Shown: piece after piece, positions 12,001 to 23,013 of the stretch | How the letters are laid out: every line of letters begins with the position of its first letter | Numbering within the stretch: the stretch's first letter is position 1 | Assembly: GCA_041660065.1 (NCBI GenBank) | Contig: JBAZXC010000001.1 | Coordinates: 136,535-200,534 of the forward strand | Direction: 5' to 3' | Length of the DNA stretch: 64,000 nucleotides | From: Parcubacteria group bacterium | GTDB taxonomy: Bacteria; Patescibacteriota; Minisyncoccia; Moranbacterales; GCA-2747515 | Made by a program: the position numbers and the translations under genes | Notes under the pieces: generated by a model | Databases searched by the model: none | What the model was told of the DNA's origin: nothing | What the model saw: only the letters and a program-made list of their open reading frames with translations

Positions 12001-13044
12001 ATGAATCAACAGATTGTGGCGTATCTCCAAACGAACAAAGGGCAGTACACGCAAGAATCATTGGTGGCACAATTGCGTGGTGCGGGACACAATGAGAATG
12101 ATATTGCTGATGCGGTAAATGCGGTTTATGGGGGCGTATCTGCGTCACCGGTACCAGGTGTGCAAACGGTAAAATATGCGGGATTTTGGATCCGTTTTGT
12201 CGCGGTGATCGTCGATAGTATCATTGTTAGCATTGCAGGCGGGATCATAGGATTTATCCTGGGATTTATTTTGGCGGCCGTTGCAGGAACGGGAAGCGAC
12301 AGTCTTTTTGGAGGCATGTTGTCATCGCTTATCGGTCTGTTGATAACATGGACGTATTTTATTTTCATGACGCATAATTTTCAGGCGACGCTTGGCAAAA
12401 AATTATTGGGACTTGAAGTGCGTGCATCAGACGCATCAAGTAAAGCGACACTCGGCAGTATTATTTTACGTGAAACAATCGGCAAACTTCTTTCGATGAT
12501 CTTCTATATTGGGTATATCATGGCGGGATTCACAGCAAAAAAACAAGGGTTGCACGATATGATCGCAAAAACAGTCGTTGTATATAAAGATCCGCAAAAG
12601 AAGTCTTCCACAGCAATTATCGTTACCATTATTCTTCTTGTGGTTTTTATGACAATCGCAATTGTCGGGATCATTGCTTCGGTTATGTTTGTATCCCTCA
12701 ATTCTGCACGCGATAAAGCGTCAGGTAGCAATTATGAGAGCATAAATGAGATGCCTGGCAATGGCTATGAGAGCACAACAGATCCTGTCGGGGATGTCGG
12801 TACGTACGCGGATGCAATTCTGACGCAAGATACGATGCAAGGCGTTGTGGCAAAGCTCTCGATACTCGGATGTGACCAATATGAATCATATGAGCCACAT
12901 ATCCTTACGGATGTTGCATATACCGGAAATGATGTGCGTTCGTGGGAGGAGCGATGGGTCGTCTCCGGTTGCGGGAGTGAATATCCCATAGATATCACAT
13001 TTACTGAAACGCGTGGAGAGGGCACCGTATGGACGATCAAATAA
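12001..13044 (+). CDS. RDD family membrane protein with pilin-like helix and C-terminal extracellular domain
   Basis: YAGFWIRFVAVIVD, QATLGKKLLGL, KQGLHDMIAKTVVV. Confidence 0.88.
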   Translation: MNQQIVAYLQTNKGQYTQESLVAQLRGAGHNENDIADAVNAVYGGVSASPVPGVQTVKYAGFWIRFVAVIVDSIIVSIAGGIIGFILGFILAAVAGTGSDSLFGGMLSSLIGLLITWTYFIFMTHNFQATLGKKLLGLEVRASDASSKATLGSIILRETIGKLLSMIFYIGYIMAGFTAKKQGLHDMIAKTVVVYKDPQKKSSTAIIVTIILLVVFMTIAIVGIIASVMFVSLNSARDKASGSNYESINEMPGNGYESTTDPVGDVGTYADAILTQDTMQGVVAKLSILGCDQYESYEPHILTDVAYTGNDVRSWEERWVVSGCGSEYPIDITFTETRGEGTVWTIK

Positions 13045-13308
13045 CGGATCAGATGGCATAAATCGACCGCAAATAAAGATAAGAAGATCAATACTGTGGG
13101 CACGACATTTTATGCTCGCAGTATTTTTATGTACATGCGTCAGTGTTGTCCTTTGAGGATTTTTTTGATACAATAGTCATATATGTGGACAAAAAAGAGA
13201 AAGAAGACAATATATATTTTTTGGGTGATTTTCTCCATTCTTATGATTATTTCAATGGTGGGCTTTCTTTTGTTGCCATTGCTTTATGTTTAAAAAAGGA
13301 GCATCTCT

Positions 13309-13689
13309 ATGAATCAAAATTTTCGTACGATCATCACGGCCGTATTGTTTATTGGAAGCATTGTCGTCATATCGATAACGCTTGTTTCTGTTGTAAAGGA
13401 AAAACGTCGCTCGCATGCAATTCAGGACGAGATCATCGCTTTGCAAAATGAAAAAAAACAATATGAACATGAAAATGGTGATTTGATGGATCGTATCGCA
13501 TATTTGCAGTCGGAGCATTCCTATGAGAAAGAAGCAAAAACCCTCAATTATAAAAATCCGGGTGAACGTGTTGTAGTAATTCGTCGTTCGCAGGATGAGT
13601 TGTCTGACACGCAACCAAGTGATGATACAAAAAACGGTGATGTGGCATTTGTGCCGCATTATCGCATATGGTTTAATTATTTTTTTTAA
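13309..13689 (+). CDS. Septum formation initiator (FtsB/DivIC family)
   Basis: TM helix + coiled coil + EKEAKTLNYKNPGERVV. Confidence 0.85.
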   Translation: MNQNFRTIITAVLFIGSIVVISITLVSVVKEKRRSHAIQDEIIALQNEKKQYEHENGDLMDRIAYLQSEHSYEKEAKTLNYKNPGERVVVIRRSQDELSDTQPSDDTKNGDVAFVPHYRIWFNYFF

Positions 13690-13700
13690 AATAAAATTGT

Positions 13701-14732
13701 ATGAACGACAGGCATAAGAAGATTTTAACGGTGATCAGCGCAATTGTATTTATTGTAATCATTTTTATCGGTGTGGTTACCTATATATTTCGTATGGATA
13801 CACCTGCTGTTGTTTATGTGAGACAGGCGTTACATTTTCCTGCCGTTATTGTGGACGGTGTGTGGATTTCTATGAAGGAAATGGAAGAAAACACGCTCTC
13901 GATCAAGCAGTTTTATGAAAATCAGGACTTTTCTTCTTACGGTATACGCATTGATTTTACGACAGATGATGGCAAAAAACGTCTCAAGATCGAACAAAAA
14001 AAGATGTTAAACAAGCTGATCGAAGACAAAGCAATTGCGGCAATAGCAAAGGAATGGAACATTTCTATCAGTGATGAGGCTGTTCAAACAGCGATGGACC
14101 GGCCGATGGATGAGGCGGGTACGCGAGAAAGCGTGAAAGAACAATTAAAAAATCTCTATGGGTGGACATTGGATGATTTTGGCAGAAAAGTGGTGTATGA
14201 GCAATTATTGCGCAGAAAGGTTTCCGAAGAATTTGATAAAAAAAATGTTGCTACCGACGCAATGCATGAGCAAATCAATAAAGCAAAAAAAGAGCTTGAT
14301 GATGGGCGAACTTTTGCAGATGTTGCAACAAAGTATTCCAATGGATCGACGGCATCGGAGGGTGGTGTGATGGGGTGGTTTGCCGCAAGTGATCTGCAAA
14401 AGGAAATTGGTGACAAAATATTTACAATGGAAAAAGGTACGTATACCGATGTAATTGAAACATCGCTGGGATTACATATTGTACAGATCAACGATGTGGC
14501 GGAAAAAGATGGTATAAAATTAATGCACGTTTCGCAAATCATTGTCAAAAAACAAACATTCGCACAGTTTTTGGAAGAGAAAATCAAAAAAATGAATGTA
14601 AAGATCTTTTTGCCACAGTATGTATGGGACAAGGAAAATGGTCTTATCATTTTTAAAGATGATGATATGAAAGCTTTTGAAGAAAAAATGCGTACTGAAG
14701 AGGCAGAGGCGCAAAATGCCTCAAGTAAGTAA
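13701..14732 (+). CDS. PrsA/SurA-like parvulin peptidyl-prolyl isomerase
   Basis: FADVATKYS, GGVMGWF, ETSLGLHIV; N-terminal TM anchor. Confidence 0.9.
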   Translation: MNDRHKKILTVISAIVFIVIIFIGVVTYIFRMDTPAVVYVRQALHFPAVIVDGVWISMKEMEENTLSIKQFYENQDFSSYGIRIDFTTDDGKKRLKIEQKKMLNKLIEDKAIAAIAKEWNISISDEAVQTAMDRPMDEAGTRESVKEQLKNLYGWTLDDFGRKVVYEQLLRRKVSEEFDKKNVATDAMHEQINKAKKELDDGRTFADVATKYSNGSTASEGGVMGWFAASDLQKEIGDKIFTMEKGTYTDVIETSLGLHIVQINDVAEKDGIKLMHVSQIIVKKQTFAQFLEEKIKKMNVKIFLPQYVWDKENGLIIFKDDDMKAFEEKMRTEEAEAQNASSK

Positions 14733-14760
14733 TACATTAAACAAATTCTAATAAAAGTTT

Positions 14761-16029
14761 ATGAACGAAGATCATGTTTTCACCGTGCAACCAAAAGAAG
14801 AGTTGGTTGTGTCACATAAAACGGTTTTGCCCACGTTGTTATTGGTGGGTGCCATCAGTCTTTTGGTGAGCATTGCCGGAAGTGCGATCGTGTGCGCATT
14901 TGTTTTTGAGCGATATGTGCAAAAGTTGTCTGCGCAACAAGAAAGTCCTGTGGCAAAAGAAGTTGTACGATTGCAAGATGATAATATTGTTGCCATGGTG
15001 GAGAATGTCTCACCCGCTGTTGTGAGTATAGTTGCGACAAAAGAGGTACCACAGTACCAGCAGTTATTTAGAAATTCACCACTGAACTTGTTTTTTGGCG
15101 TTCCAAATCAACAACAGGAACAGCAGCAACAAAATGTTCCGAGTGAAAAACAAAAGGTTGGTGGTGGAACGGGATTCTTTATTTCCACTGATGGAATGAT
15201 CGTGACCAATCGTCATGTTGTCGCAGATACGGATGCGGAGTATACCGTTTTTTTGTCGGATGGATCTGAACACGTGGCTACTGTTTTGGCACGGGATGAA
15301 TATTTGGATTTTGCTGTGTTAAAAATAGATGGTGATAATTTTACGGCGGTTGATCTGGGAAATTCAGATGATATCAAGATCGGACAGACGGTGGTTGCAA
15401 TCGGCAATTCTTTGGGCGAGTTTTCAAATTCGGTAAGTCGCGGCATTATATCCGGTATGCAGAGAAATATTGTTGCCGGTGGCGGTCTTGGCGGCACAGA
15501 GGAACTGACGAACATCATTCAAACTGATGCGGCAATCAACTTTGGCAATTCCGGCGGTCCGTTGCTTGATGTGAACGGAAAGGTGATCGGGATCAACACT
15601 GCGGTAGCGCAGGGAGCTGAAAATATCGGATTTGCCATTCCGATCAGTCAAGTGACACGTCTGATCGATGAAGTAAAAAATAATGGAAAAATTTCCCGGC
15701 CATTTGTCGGCGTGCGCTATGTGGACATGACAGATGAGATAAGGAAAGCGTTAAATGTGTCATATGACCATGGTGTCTTGATCGTGCGAGGGGAACGCAT
15801 CACTGATTTCGCGGTATTGCCCGGATCTCCGGCAGACAAGGCAGGTCTTATGGAAAATGATATTATATTGGAAATTGAGGGAGTAAAGATTGACAAAACA
15901 CATTCTCTGACGGAGCAGATCAATCATTATAAAGTTGGTGATTCTGTTACACTGAAAATCTGGCACAAGGGAGAGGAAAAGGACATAAAAATTCTCCTAG
16001 AGGACAAGGTGGCACAAAATCAAAAATAA
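14761..16029 (+). CDS. HtrA/DegP-like serine protease with PDZ domain
   Basis: TNRHVV, DFAVLK, QTDAAINFGNSGGPL; PDZ GSPADKAGL. Confidence 0.95.
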   Translation: MNEDHVFTVQPKEELVVSHKTVLPTLLLVGAISLLVSIAGSAIVCAFVFERYVQKLSAQQESPVAKEVVRLQDDNIVAMVENVSPAVVSIVATKEVPQYQQLFRNSPLNLFFGVPNQQQEQQQQNVPSEKQKVGGGTGFFISTDGMIVTNRHVVADTDAEYTVFLSDGSEHVATVLARDEYLDFAVLKIDGDNFTAVDLGNSDDIKIGQTVVAIGNSLGEFSNSVSRGIISGMQRNIVAGGGLGGTEELTNIIQTDAAINFGNSGGPLLDVNGKVIGINTAVAQGAENIGFAIPISQVTRLIDEVKNNGKISRPFVGVRYVDMTDEIRKALNVSYDHGVLIVRGERITDFAVLPGSPADKAGLMENDIILEIEGVKIDKTHSLTEQINHYKVGDSVTLKIWHKGEEKDIKILLEDKVAQNQK

Positions 16030-16053
16030 ATCGTAAGTGAAAATCTTTTGCGT

Positions 16054-18657
16054 ATGAATATCGAACAATTCACTACAAAATCACAAGAGGCGTTACAATT
16101 GGCGCAGAGAAGTGCAATGCGCTATGGCAGCCAATCAATTCTTCCGGCGCATTTGGCGGAAACGTTAATTGTGCAGGAGGGGTCGATTGTACCAATTGTA
16201 TTGAAAAAAAACGATATTGCATATAATGATCTTACACAAGAGATCATATCGATCATAAACACATCTGGCGCGAAAACAAATGCAAAGGAGCAGGATCATA
16301 CACAAGTGTATGTCTCACAGGAGCTTTCACGCATATTGACAGAGGCAGAATCTGAGATGAAGGATATGGGAGACACATTTATCTCAACGGAGCATGTTAT
16401 GTTGGCTGTGCTTGCAGTGGATCAAGAATTGCGCGATATATTCAAAAAATATGGTGTTACGTATGATTTTTTCAAAAAAGCGATTACGGACGTGCGCGGT
16501 GAGACACATGTAGACAGCCAAAATCCCGAAGAGACGATGCATATGATCCAGAAGTTTACCGTCAATCTGACGGAAAAGGCGCGCAAGGATACACTCGATC
16601 CTGTGATCGGGCGAGATGATGAGGTGCGTCGTGTGATGCAAATTCTCTCACGACGGACAAAAAATAATCCTGTTTTGCTCGGAGAGCCGGGCACGGGGAA
16701 AACGGCAATTGTGGAAGGACTTGCACAGAGAATTGTTGCGGGTGATGTGCCGGAATCTCTCAAAAATAAAGAAATCCTTGCACTTGACCTCGGACAGTTG
16801 ATTGCTGGTGCAAAATTTCGGGGTGAATTTGAAGATCGCTTGAAAGCGCTTATCAAAGAACTGGATGCGAGTGCGGGGCGCATGATCCTTTTTATTGATG
16901 AATTGCACACGTTGGTTGGTGCGGGAGCAAATGAGGGTGCAATGGATGCCTCAAACATGCTCAAACCTGCGTTGGCACGCGGTGAAATACGCACGATTGG
17001 CGCGACAACATTGAAAGAATATCAAAAATATATCGAAAAAGATGCGGCATTGGAGCGACGATTTCAGCCGGTGTATGTGACGGAACCATCAGTACAAGAC
17101 ACAATTGCAATTTTGCGCGGCATAAAAGAGAAATATGAATTACATCATGGTGTGCGCATTACCGATGATGCTGTGATTGCAGCAGTTGATTTGTCGCGTC
17201 GTTATATTTCTGATCGATTTTTGCCGGACAAGGCTGTGGATTTGATTGATGAGGCGGCGTCATCGTTGCGTATGGAAATCGATTCAATGCCTGTGGAGGT
17301 TGATCAGATGGAGCGAAAGATCCGGCGTATGGAGATCGAAAAAAAAGCATTGCAAAAAGAAAAAAAGAACGGTAATGTGGCAAAAATTGAAAAAATTGAC
17401 AAAGAACTGTCAGAATTGAAAGAACAATCAAAAAAAACACTCATGCAGTGGCATGCAGAAAAAGACGTTTTGAAGTCCGTGCAGACAGCAAAGGAAAAGA
17501 TCGAGCGATTGCGCATTGAGTCGGATAATTTGGAACGCACAGGAGATTTTGATAAAGTTGCGGAGATTCGTTATAGCAAAATTCCGGAAGCGGAAAAAGA
17601 AATCAAAACAGCGCAAGAAAAATTACATGCGATTCAGGGGGATGGAGCGATGTTGCGAGAGGATGTAACGGAGGAAGATATTGCACGCGTGATATCGCGA
17701 TGGACAGGTGTGCCCGTGTCCAAGATGTTGGGCTCTGAAATGGAAAAATTGGCAACGATGGAAAAAGAATTGGCACAACGTGTCGTCGGACAGAAAGATG
17801 CGATTGATGCTGTGGCAAATGCTGTGCGACGTGCACGGGCGGGTATTTCTGATGAACATCGGCCGATTGCATCATTTATATTTTTGGGACCGACAGGTGT
17901 GGGTAAAACAGAGCTGGCAAAAGCATTGGCGGAGTTTTTATTTGATGATGAACGATCGTTGGTGCGCATTGATATGAGTGAATACATGGAAGCACACGCT
18001 GTGGCACGGTTGATCGGGGCGCCACCCGGATATGTTGGATATGAAGAGGGCGGTCAATTGACGGAGATCATTCGACGAAAACCGTATAGTGTCGTGTTGT
18101 TTGATGAGATCGAAAAAGCGCATCCGGACGTTTTTAATATTTTCTTGCAAATTTTGGATGACGGACAATTGACCGATAGTAAGGGACGCCTTATCAATTT
18201 CAAAAATACGGTTATTATTATGACGTCAAACATCGGTTCTGATGAGATTTTTGCCGCACAAAAAAGTCACAAAAAAGACAAAACAGATATGAATGAGACG
18301 ATCATGGCGCAAATGCGCAAAAGGTTCAAGCCGGAATTTCTCAATCGCATTGACGATATTATTGTCTTTCACGCATTGACACAAGAGATGATTACATATA
18401 TAGTTGATATTCAGTTGGATCAAGTGCAAAAAAGGCTCATCGAAGAAAAGATCGCACTTGATGTTTCTGATGAAGCGCGCACACTTCTTGCAAAAAAAGG
18501 ATTTGATCCCGCATATGGCGCACGACCGCTTAAGCGCATTATCCAAAAAATGGTACTTGATCCGCTCGCGATGAAAATCGTGGAAGGAAAGATCGGTGCC
18601 GGGCAGACGGCATATGTGCATGTGACAAAAGACACGATCGACATATCAGTAAAATAA
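16054..18657 (+). CDS. clpB: ATP-dependent chaperone ClpB
   Basis: Two Walker A motifs ([16 protein letters not shown]), M-domain coiled coil, GAPPGYVGY. Confidence 0.97.
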   Translation: MNIEQFTTKSQEALQLAQRSAMRYGSQSILPAHLAETLIVQEGSIVPIVLKKNDIAYNDLTQEIISIINTSGAKTNAKEQDHTQVYVSQELSRILTEAESEMKDMGDTFISTEHVMLAVLAVDQELRDIFKKYGVTYDFFKKAITDVRGETHVDSQNPEETMHMIQKFTVNLTEKARKDTLDPVIGRDDEVRRVMQILSRRTKNNPVLLGEPGTGKTAIVEGLAQRIVAGDVPESLKNKEILALDLGQLIAGAKFRGEFEDRLKALIKELDASAGRMILFIDELHTLVGAGANEGAMDASNMLKPALARGEIRTIGATTLKEYQKYIEKDAALERRFQPVYVTEPSVQDTIAILRGIKEKYELHHGVRITDDAVIAAVDLSRRYISDRFLPDKAVDLIDEAASSLRMEIDSMPVEVDQMERKIRRMEIEKKALQKEKKNGNVAKIEKIDKELSELKEQSKKTLMQWHAEKDVLKSVQTAKEKIERLRIESDNLERTGDFDKVAEIRYSKIPEAEKEIKTAQEKLHAIQGDGAMLREDVTEEDIARVISRWTGVPVSKMLGSEMEKLATMEKELAQRVVGQKDAIDAVANAVRRARAGISDEHRPIASFIFLGPTGVGKTELAKALAEFLFDDERSLVRIDMSEYMEAHAVARLIGAPPGYVGYEEGGQLTEIIRRKPYSVVLFDEIEKAHPDVFNIFLQILDDGQLTDSKGRLINFKNTVIIMTSNIGSDEIFAAQKSHKKDKTDMNETIMAQMRKRFKPEFLNRIDDIIVFHALTQEMITYIVDIQLDQVQKRLIEEKIALDVSDEARTLLAKKGFDPAYGARPLKRIIQKMVLDPLAMKIVEGKIGAGQTAYVHVTKDTIDISVK

Positions 18658-18664
18658 TATTTTT

Positions 18665-19414
18665 ATGATTGCTCATTTGCGCAGCTTGTTGTTTACAATC
18701 GTCTTTTTTATAGGCGTGGAGTTGATAATAACATTTTCGCTTCTTGGAGAAAGAAAAGGTCTTGTGCTGGGTGCTGTATTGTTACTTTTTGCACTGTACG
18801 CGGGGTGGAATGTGGGGAAATCTTTTATTTATGCATTTTTTCCATTTGCTTTGGCACTTGCTTCATTTGGGTTGTTATATTTTATTGACAATTTTCAAGA
18901 GAGGCAGATATTCAGTGTGTTGGTTTCCATTTTGTATTATGCAACATTACTGGGTATCAAACGTATTTGTAAAAATCCATTCGATATGACAGCACGAAGT
19001 TTATTCTCAGCGGCACTTATTGCAACAATTTTCCTTTTTTATGCTGTTGTGTATGGTTTTTATATCAATTTCAATATCCCACTCTGGTTGTTTATGGCGA
19101 CGCATTTTGTTTTTGTCAGTACGATTACGTTTGTTTCTTTGCGTTCTTATTCCAGCGATATCAAGAGGATACTTTTATATAGTACGATCATTGCTTTTGT
19201 AATGATCCAATTCGTATGGATGACAAACTTTTGGCCGTTTGGATACCTTACCATGGCGGCGATCAATTTAATGTTCTATTATATATTATGGGATATGGTT
19301 CAGATGGTTTTTTTGGAGACATTGTCAAAAAGACGTATTCTCATCTCAATTATTTATTGTATAATTTTGACTGTGGCTGTGCTTTTTACAACACAGTGGC
19401 TGTTGGTTGATTAA
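18665..19414 (+). CDS. Polytopic membrane protein, hypothetical
   Basis: 249 aa with about 8 hydrophobic segments. Confidence 0.8.
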   Translation: MIAHLRSLLFTIVFFIGVELIITFSLLGERKGLVLGAVLLLFALYAGWNVGKSFIYAFFPFALALASFGLLYFIDNFQERQIFSVLVSILYYATLLGIKRICKNPFDMTARSLFSAALIATIFLFYAVVYGFYINFNIPLWLFMATHFVFVSTITFVSLRSYSSDIKRILLYSTIIAFVMIQFVWMTNFWPFGYLTMAAINLMFYYILWDMVQMVFLETLSKRRILISIIYCIILTVAVLFTTQWLLVD

Positions 19415-19423
19415 TATATTTTT

Positions 19424-20578
19424 ATGAAAAAAATTGGAAAAATTTTAGGAATTACAGGGGTCATTTTTCTCGTTGGTGGTATTGGCGGCATGCTTTTTGA
19501 TTACATCTTTTTTGCACATTTTGTCAATAATCCTGTGTGGGCGGACAGTCCTTTCGTGCAAACAATGGCCAGTCGTTATCAAGTGATCAAAAATACTGAA
19601 AAAGTTATCGTAGAGAATAGTGAATCAATTGCCGATATTGCATCACGTGCGGCAACATCTGTTGTGTTTGTTGAAGCGGTAAATGCCGATGGAAAGAGTT
19701 TATCTGGAAACGGCGTGATCGTCAGTAGTGACGGTGTGATCGCGACGACGGATGCTGTTGTGCCGGACGGTTACAATACGCAATATGTCAAATTTGCAGA
19801 TGGCACGACGCGTCCTGTGACAGCAATGTATCTCGATGCATATAGTGGTATTGTTTTTTTGAAAACAGATGTCCAAAACCTCGCGACAATATCATTTGCA
19901 AACTCTGATGATGCACAAAGCGGAAAACGATTGATCAGTATTATGCAGGATCGCTCGGAAAACAGCACACACTTTTCTTCCGGTGGCTTGGTGGGCAATA
20001 TCTATGATTTTAGCGTGCGTGGTCCGGCCAGTGATCATCTTCAAGGGACATTGGATATTGATTTTTCCGATGCAGTGTTCAAAGAGAATATCGGATCGCC
20101 GGTTGTTGATTATCAAGGAAATATGGTGGGATTGATCTCGATGAAAAAAAGTATCGTTCCGACGGAAGAAGAAGCATATTATGCGATTGCGGCAAATGAT
20201 GTTTACAAAGCATTTGAAAAATATTTATATACAACCAATGCGACAGAGGGTCAGGCTCCCGCACAGCCGATCTTGTTGGGCGTGAACTATGCGGTGATCG
20301 GGGGAATCGATGCCTATACGAAAAAACTTCCGGTTGATCGTGGCGCAATGATCGTTGCACCGGCAACGTATCAAGAAACAGCACTATTCAACAGCACTGT
20401 CGGAGCAAAGAGTGGCTTGCACGGAGGCGATGTGGTGATCATGGTGAATAATGATGAGGTAACGGCAAAAAACAATTTGTCACGTCTCTTGAACAAGTAC
20501 ACAAGTAATGACATGATCACGCTTAAAGTTTTGCGTGCGGGAGAAATTGTCACTGTGACAATTCCACCACAAGCGTAG
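19424..20578 (+). CDS. HtrA-like trypsin+PDZ protein with degenerate catalytic triad
   Basis: GNGVIVSSDGVIATTDAVV; ENIGSPVV in place of GNSGGPL; PDZ C-terminus. Confidence 0.85.
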   Translation: MKKIGKILGITGVIFLVGGIGGMLFDYIFFAHFVNNPVWADSPFVQTMASRYQVIKNTEKVIVENSESIADIASRAATSVVFVEAVNADGKSLSGNGVIVSSDGVIATTDAVVPDGYNTQYVKFADGTTRPVTAMYLDAYSGIVFLKTDVQNLATISFANSDDAQSGKRLISIMQDRSENSTHFSSGGLVGNIYDFSVRGPASDHLQGTLDIDFSDAVFKENIGSPVVDYQGNMVGLISMKKSIVPTEEEAYYAIAANDVYKAFEKYLYTTNATEGQAPAQPILLGVNYAVIGGIDAYTKKLPVDRGAMIVAPATYQETALFNSTVGAKSGLHGGDVVIMVNNDEVTAKNNLSRLLNKYTSNDMITLKVLRAGEIVTVTIPPQA

Positions 20579-20693
20579 GTTTTCCACAATAAATAGAGGT
20601 TTGACAGGGTATGAGAAGACACGTATAGTGCAGACAACGTGTCGTAGTTCTTTTCATATAATTGCGGAATAATTCAGGAGGAGGGAATCTATC

Positions 20694-21344
20694 ATGATCG
20701 GGAAATCAAGAAGGTTTGGATGTCTAGATGAGGATATGGAGCTATTTCGACAGGTGCAACGTGTCGCTGAGGAGCTCATTGCTGTTATCAGGACGAACTT
20801 TACTTGGGGAGTAAATGTACGCGATGTGCGAAAGGCACAGTATCTGGAGGGATATGCATACATGGCAAATGGCGTGGCGTTGATCTTTTACAGGCTGTCA
20901 ATGTATCTGATTACACCGTGGGGCATGTGGAAAATACTTGATTTTGATGGAGCCAGTGACTATTATTCAGCACGGGCACAACGCGATGAAATTGCTGAAT
21001 TTTTTAAGGGAGAACCATTTTGGCGGTATGATTTTCGATCGCGCGACGTTGAACTTGATACGGCCTATGGACTGCATTCCGTGAAAGGCAAGGCTCTGAC
21101 TGAGCCGGTTTTTTTGGAATTAATGTCGTGGGATGACCCTGTTGATCATATATCGCGCATGCGCTCATGGAATAATCTCATTGAACGTGTGCGGGAAGTA
21201 CAAAAAGAGGGGAATAAGAATAGGATCAAAAAATTCACGTTCCGCCCATTGCGCAACGGACGGTTTCGTTGTATTCAAACCAAAAAGAAACTCAAGAGGG
21301 GTGCTGTGGATGCATATCGCAGGACGCAGGAAAAAATGCGATAA
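20694..21344 (+). CDS. Hypothetical protein (orphan unit)
   Basis: 216-aa ORF; TTGACA-N17-TATAGT promoter at 20601-20629; AGGAGG SD. Confidence 0.75.
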   Translation: MIGKSRRFGCLDEDMELFRQVQRVAEELIAVIRTNFTWGVNVRDVRKAQYLEGYAYMANGVALIFYRLSMYLITPWGMWKILDFDGASDYYSARAQRDEIAEFFKGEPFWRYDFRSRDVELDTAYGLHSVKGKALTEPVFLELMSWDDPVDHISRMRSWNNLIERVREVQKEGNKNRIKKFTFRPLRNGRFRCIQTKKKLKRGAVDAYRRTQEKMR

Positions 21345-21369
21345 AATCACTGATATCTATCCTTTTTAT

Positions 21370-21402
21370 AAAACACTTGTCTGTAATGGGCAGGTGTTTT
21401 TT
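21370..21402 (+). terminator. Intrinsic terminator
   Basis: AAACACTTGTC-tgtaat-GGGCAGGTGTTT followed by T run. Confidence 0.7.
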
Positions 21403-21447
21403 AATTGTGCCAGAGGTAGTTATTTATCTTTTTCCAAAAAAACAGAC

Positions 21448-21560
21448 GTCATTGCGAGGAGGAACGACGAAGCAATCTTGAGCATTGTACAAAAAACGGT
21501 CTATGCATATGAGATTGCTTCGTCGTCCCTTTTCCCGCAAAAGGTGGCAGGCGCAATGAC
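21448..21560. repeat. Palindromic REP/RPE-like element (GTCATTGCGAG...GAAGCAATC / GAGATTGCTTCG...CGCAATGAC)
   Basis: Two inverted arms; related partial copy at 46983-47066. Confidence 0.8.
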
Positions 21561-21717
21561 AAAGGCGAAGATCTCAGATATACTTTTTATAAAAAGGCGA
21601 ATGGCGATCGTTGGAGATATTGCGCGATCACGCAGGTGCGCTTACACTAAAGGGAGATAAATAATATGATGTATCTGTGAAAAAAGGCATACTAAAAATA
21701 ATTGTTTTTTTCTGTTA

Positions 21718-22051
21718 TATATCTATCCGACAATCGCAACAAAAGAGCGGGCGCAAAAATTACTGTTGCTGTTGATGCAAGACGTATGACAAGCCGGTTT
21801 TTTATAACACGATATTCAACAATTGTACGAATGCGATTACACGACGCGTAGAGGATATTTCCGACGTTAAATTTCCGCTGACATATCGGATGCTTCTTCC
21901 GGGATTTGTCGATGAGATCCTCTATAAAGAGCAGTTGATTCCACATGACGGATCGTATGATCAGACCAAGGAAAACTATCGGGTAACGAATGATCGCATT
22001 GTGCCGAGTGATCCGGATTTTTCCACAATAATTCGTCAAGGGAAAAAGTAA
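21718..22051 (+). pseudogene. C-terminal remnant of a DUF4105-like gene
   Basis: YIYPTIATKERAQKLLLLLMQDV / frameshift / YDKPVFYNTIFNNCTNAI...LLPGFVDEILY...PDFSTIIR*; no start codon. Confidence 0.65.
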
Positions 22052-22356
22052 TGATGCATGGAGTTGAAAATGATATATTGATGGGCATGGGTGTATTTTT
22101 TCTTGTGACGAATGCATTGGCATTTCTGATCATGGCGTGGGATAAAACGCGATCACGCAAACGCGGTGCTGAACGCATTTCGGAAGGCATGCTCTTTTTT
22201 ATGGCAACGATCTTTGGTAGTGTGGGTGTGTCTATCGGCATGTTTGTTTTGCGTCACAAAACGAAAAAATGGTATTTTATCATTGGTATCCCATTATTGA
22301 TCGTACAAAACTGCGCATTGCTTTACGTGGTGTATTTATGGATGAGTGGGAATTAG
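22051..22356 (+). CDS. DUF1294 family membrane protein
   Basis: WDKTRS..ERISE..GS.G..GM..LRHKTKK. Confidence 0.9.
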   Translation: MMHGVENDILMGMGVFFLVTNALAFLIMAWDKTRSRKRGAERISEGMLFFMATIFGSVGVSIGMFVLRHKTKKWYFIIGIPLLIVQNCALLYVVYLWMSGN

Positions 22357-22396
22357 TGATTGTTTTATAATGAGGGATAAACGCGCTTTTCTATTT

Positions 22397-22424
22397 GCAA
22401 ACACTTCTCCTCGTTTTGCGTATA
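22397..22424 (+). promoter_or_regulatory. Putative ECF sigma promoter GCAAAC-N16-CGTATA
   Basis: Identical -35/-10 boxes and spacing recur at 23851-23878. Confidence 0.7.
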
Positions 22425-22434
22425 TAGTAGCAGT

Positions 22435-23004
22435 ATGATACATAGCAATGAGAGCACCGACAAGGAGTTGGTGGAGGCGGCAAAGGCGGATCCGGATGCA
22501 TTTGCACGGATCGTAGATCGATATTGGCATCGGCTGTTTTGCTATACACGGCGATTGACATATTTTTCTCAGGAGGATATTGAGGATGTTTTGCAAGAAG
22601 TTTTTATCAAGGTGTATCGCTTTCTCAATGATTATGACGAATCATTCGCATTCTCCACGTGGATCTATCAGATCACGCGCAATACAGTGATCGATGAGAT
22701 CCGCAAAAAGAAATCACGACCACAGGCTGTACAACTTGATACGGAGGAAATGATGACAGTGCTGCGCTCCAGCATGGATGTTGAGAAGGAAGTGCATGTG
22801 AAAGAGTCAATGCATGATCTGCAAAAAGCGATCGACCAGGTCCCATTCAAATATCGTGAAATTCTCACATTGCGTTTTTTGGAGGAAAAGGATTATAACG
22901 AGATCATGGACATCATGCAAATCCCTAAAGGGACAGTAGCATCGCTTATCAATCGCGGCCGAAAGATATTTCTTGAAGAAGCACATAAATATGACATTAT
23001 ATAA
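22435..23004 (+). CDS. ECF-family RNA polymerase sigma factor
   Basis: EDVLQEVFIKVY, FSTWIYQITRN, region 4 GTVASLINRGR. Confidence 0.95.
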   Translation: MIHSNESTDKELVEAAKADPDAFARIVDRYWHRLFCYTRRLTYFSQEDIEDVLQEVFIKVYRFLNDYDESFAFSTWIYQITRNTVIDEIRKKKSRPQAVQLDTEEMMTVLRSSMDVEKEVHVKESMHDLQKAIDQVPFKYREILTLRFLEEKDYNEIMDIMQIPKGTVASLINRGRKIFLEEAHKYDII

Positions 23005-23013
23005 AGAACTGCT

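Noticed and set aside
21133-21660. 175-aa ORF
   Set aside because: Overlaps the 20694 gene out of frame and reads through a terminator and a REP-like element
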